Origin: Chiloscyllium plagiosum
Taxonomy: Eukaryota
Length of the DNA: 64,000 nucleotides
Direction: 5' to 3'
Assembly: GCF_004010195.1 (NCBI RefSeq)
Contig: NC_057720.1
Span: 31,022,150 to 31,086,149 of the forward strand
Shown one piece after another: positions 62,811-64,000 of this stretch; position 1 is the stretch's first letter, and each line of letters begins with the position of its first letter. A program made the translations under genes and the position numbers. Below the pieces are notes generated by a model, which was not told the DNA's origin, made no database searches, and saw nothing but the letters and a program-made list of their open reading frames with translations.

Positions 62811-63955
62811 TTGTCATAAGGTCAGAAATGGGGATGTTCACCGATGATTGCACTATGTTCAGCACTGTTCGTGACTCCTCAGATACTGAAGCAGTCCGTG
62901 TTCAAATGCAACAAGATCTGGACAATCCAGTCTTGGGCTGACAAATGGCAAGTAACATTTGTGCCACACACTAATGTCAGACAATAACCATCACCAAGGA
63001 GAAAGTGAGGACTGCAGATGCTGGAGATCAGAGCTGAAAATGTGTTGCTGGAAAAGCGCAGCAGGTCAGGCAGCATCCAAGGAGCAGGAGAATCGACGTT
63101 TCGGGCATGAGCCCTTCTTCAGGAAGAAGGGCTCCTGAAGAAGGGCTCATGCCCGAAACATCGATTCTCCTGGTCCTTGGATGCTGCCTGATCTGCTGCG
63201 CTTTTCCAGCAACACATTTTCAGCAATAACCATCACCAGTAAGAGATACTTGAACCACTGCCCCTTGACATTCAACAGTATTACCATCATTGAATCCCAC
63301 ACTGCCAACATCCTTGGGGTTACCATTGACCAGAAACTCAACTTGACTCACCACATAAACACAGTGGCTACAAGAGCAGGTCAGAAACTAGGGATACTGC
63401 AGTGAGTAACTCACCTCCTGACACCCCAAAGTCTATCCACCATCTACAAGGCACAAGTCAGGAGTATGATGGAATACTGTTCACTTGCCTGGATGGGTAC
63501 AGCTATAACAACACTCAAGAAGCTAAACACCATCCGGACAAAGCAACCCACTTGATTGGCACCACATTACAAACATTCAATCCCTCCACCACTGGTGCTC
63601 AGTAGTAGCAGTGTGTACTGACTACAAGATGCACTGCACAAATTCACCAAAGATCCTTAGACAACATTTTCCAAACCCATGACCACTTCCACCTAGAAGG
63701 ACAAAAACTACCACCTGCAAGTTCCCCACCAAGTTACTCACCACACTGGCTTGGAAATATGCCTCCATTCCTTCACAGTCACTGGGTCAAAATCCTGGAA
63801 TTCCCTCCATACCAGCATTGCGGGTCAACCCACACCAAGTGGACTGCAGCAATTCAAGAAGGCAGCTCACCACCACCTTTTCAAGGACAAATAAGGACGG
63901 GCTATCAGTGCTAGCCAGCCAACAATGCCCAAGTTCCTCAAATGAATTTAAAAAA
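62811..63955 (+). mobile_element. CR1-group family B LINE 3' 1.1 kb
   Basis: MFTDDCTMF…WADKWQVTF…ILGVTIDQKLN…IYKAQVRSMMEY; tail atgaatttaaaaaa. Confidence 0.88.
62997..63223. mobile_element. Palindromic PLE insertion with 15 bp TSD
   Basis: TSD caataaccatcacca at 62982-62996 and 63224-63238; 92 bp arms 63033-63124 and 63133-63224. Confidence 0.93.
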
Positions 63956-64000
63956 GATCATGTATGATCTGCCCCAGGCCCCAACTCCTGTTTCCTCTCT

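Overview
This is AT-rich vertebrate DNA with one N-gap (13496-13799). It is most likely from a cartilaginous fish (shark), inferred from the HE1-like V-SINEs and HER1/CR1-type LINEs. I can support no intact host protein-coding gene. The window is a nested pile of transposon remnants: many CR1 LINEs (two near full-length, with SGNH-esterase ORF1), a second CR1-group family, L2 and Rex1-like tails, about 10 HE1-like SINEs, Penelope-like element (PLE) fragments from at least four families, PIF/Harbinger transposase relics, short solo LTRs and Tx1/L1 3' ends. Three observations stand out. (1) A short LTR carries about six poly(A)-tailed insertions stacked at its TATA box (43113-44616). A second LTR copy has an independent Tx1 hit at the same site (55845-55925) and a third is an empty allele (36943-37179), suggesting a Tx1 retrotransposon that targets an LTR TATA box. 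(2) Four PLE families carry minimal hammerhead-ribozyme folds with covarying stems. (3) PLE micro-insertions show 14-15 bp TSDs, fold-back arms, one 310 bp target duplication and locally templated filler DNA. Element boundaries were read by eye and are approximate unless a TSD is quoted.
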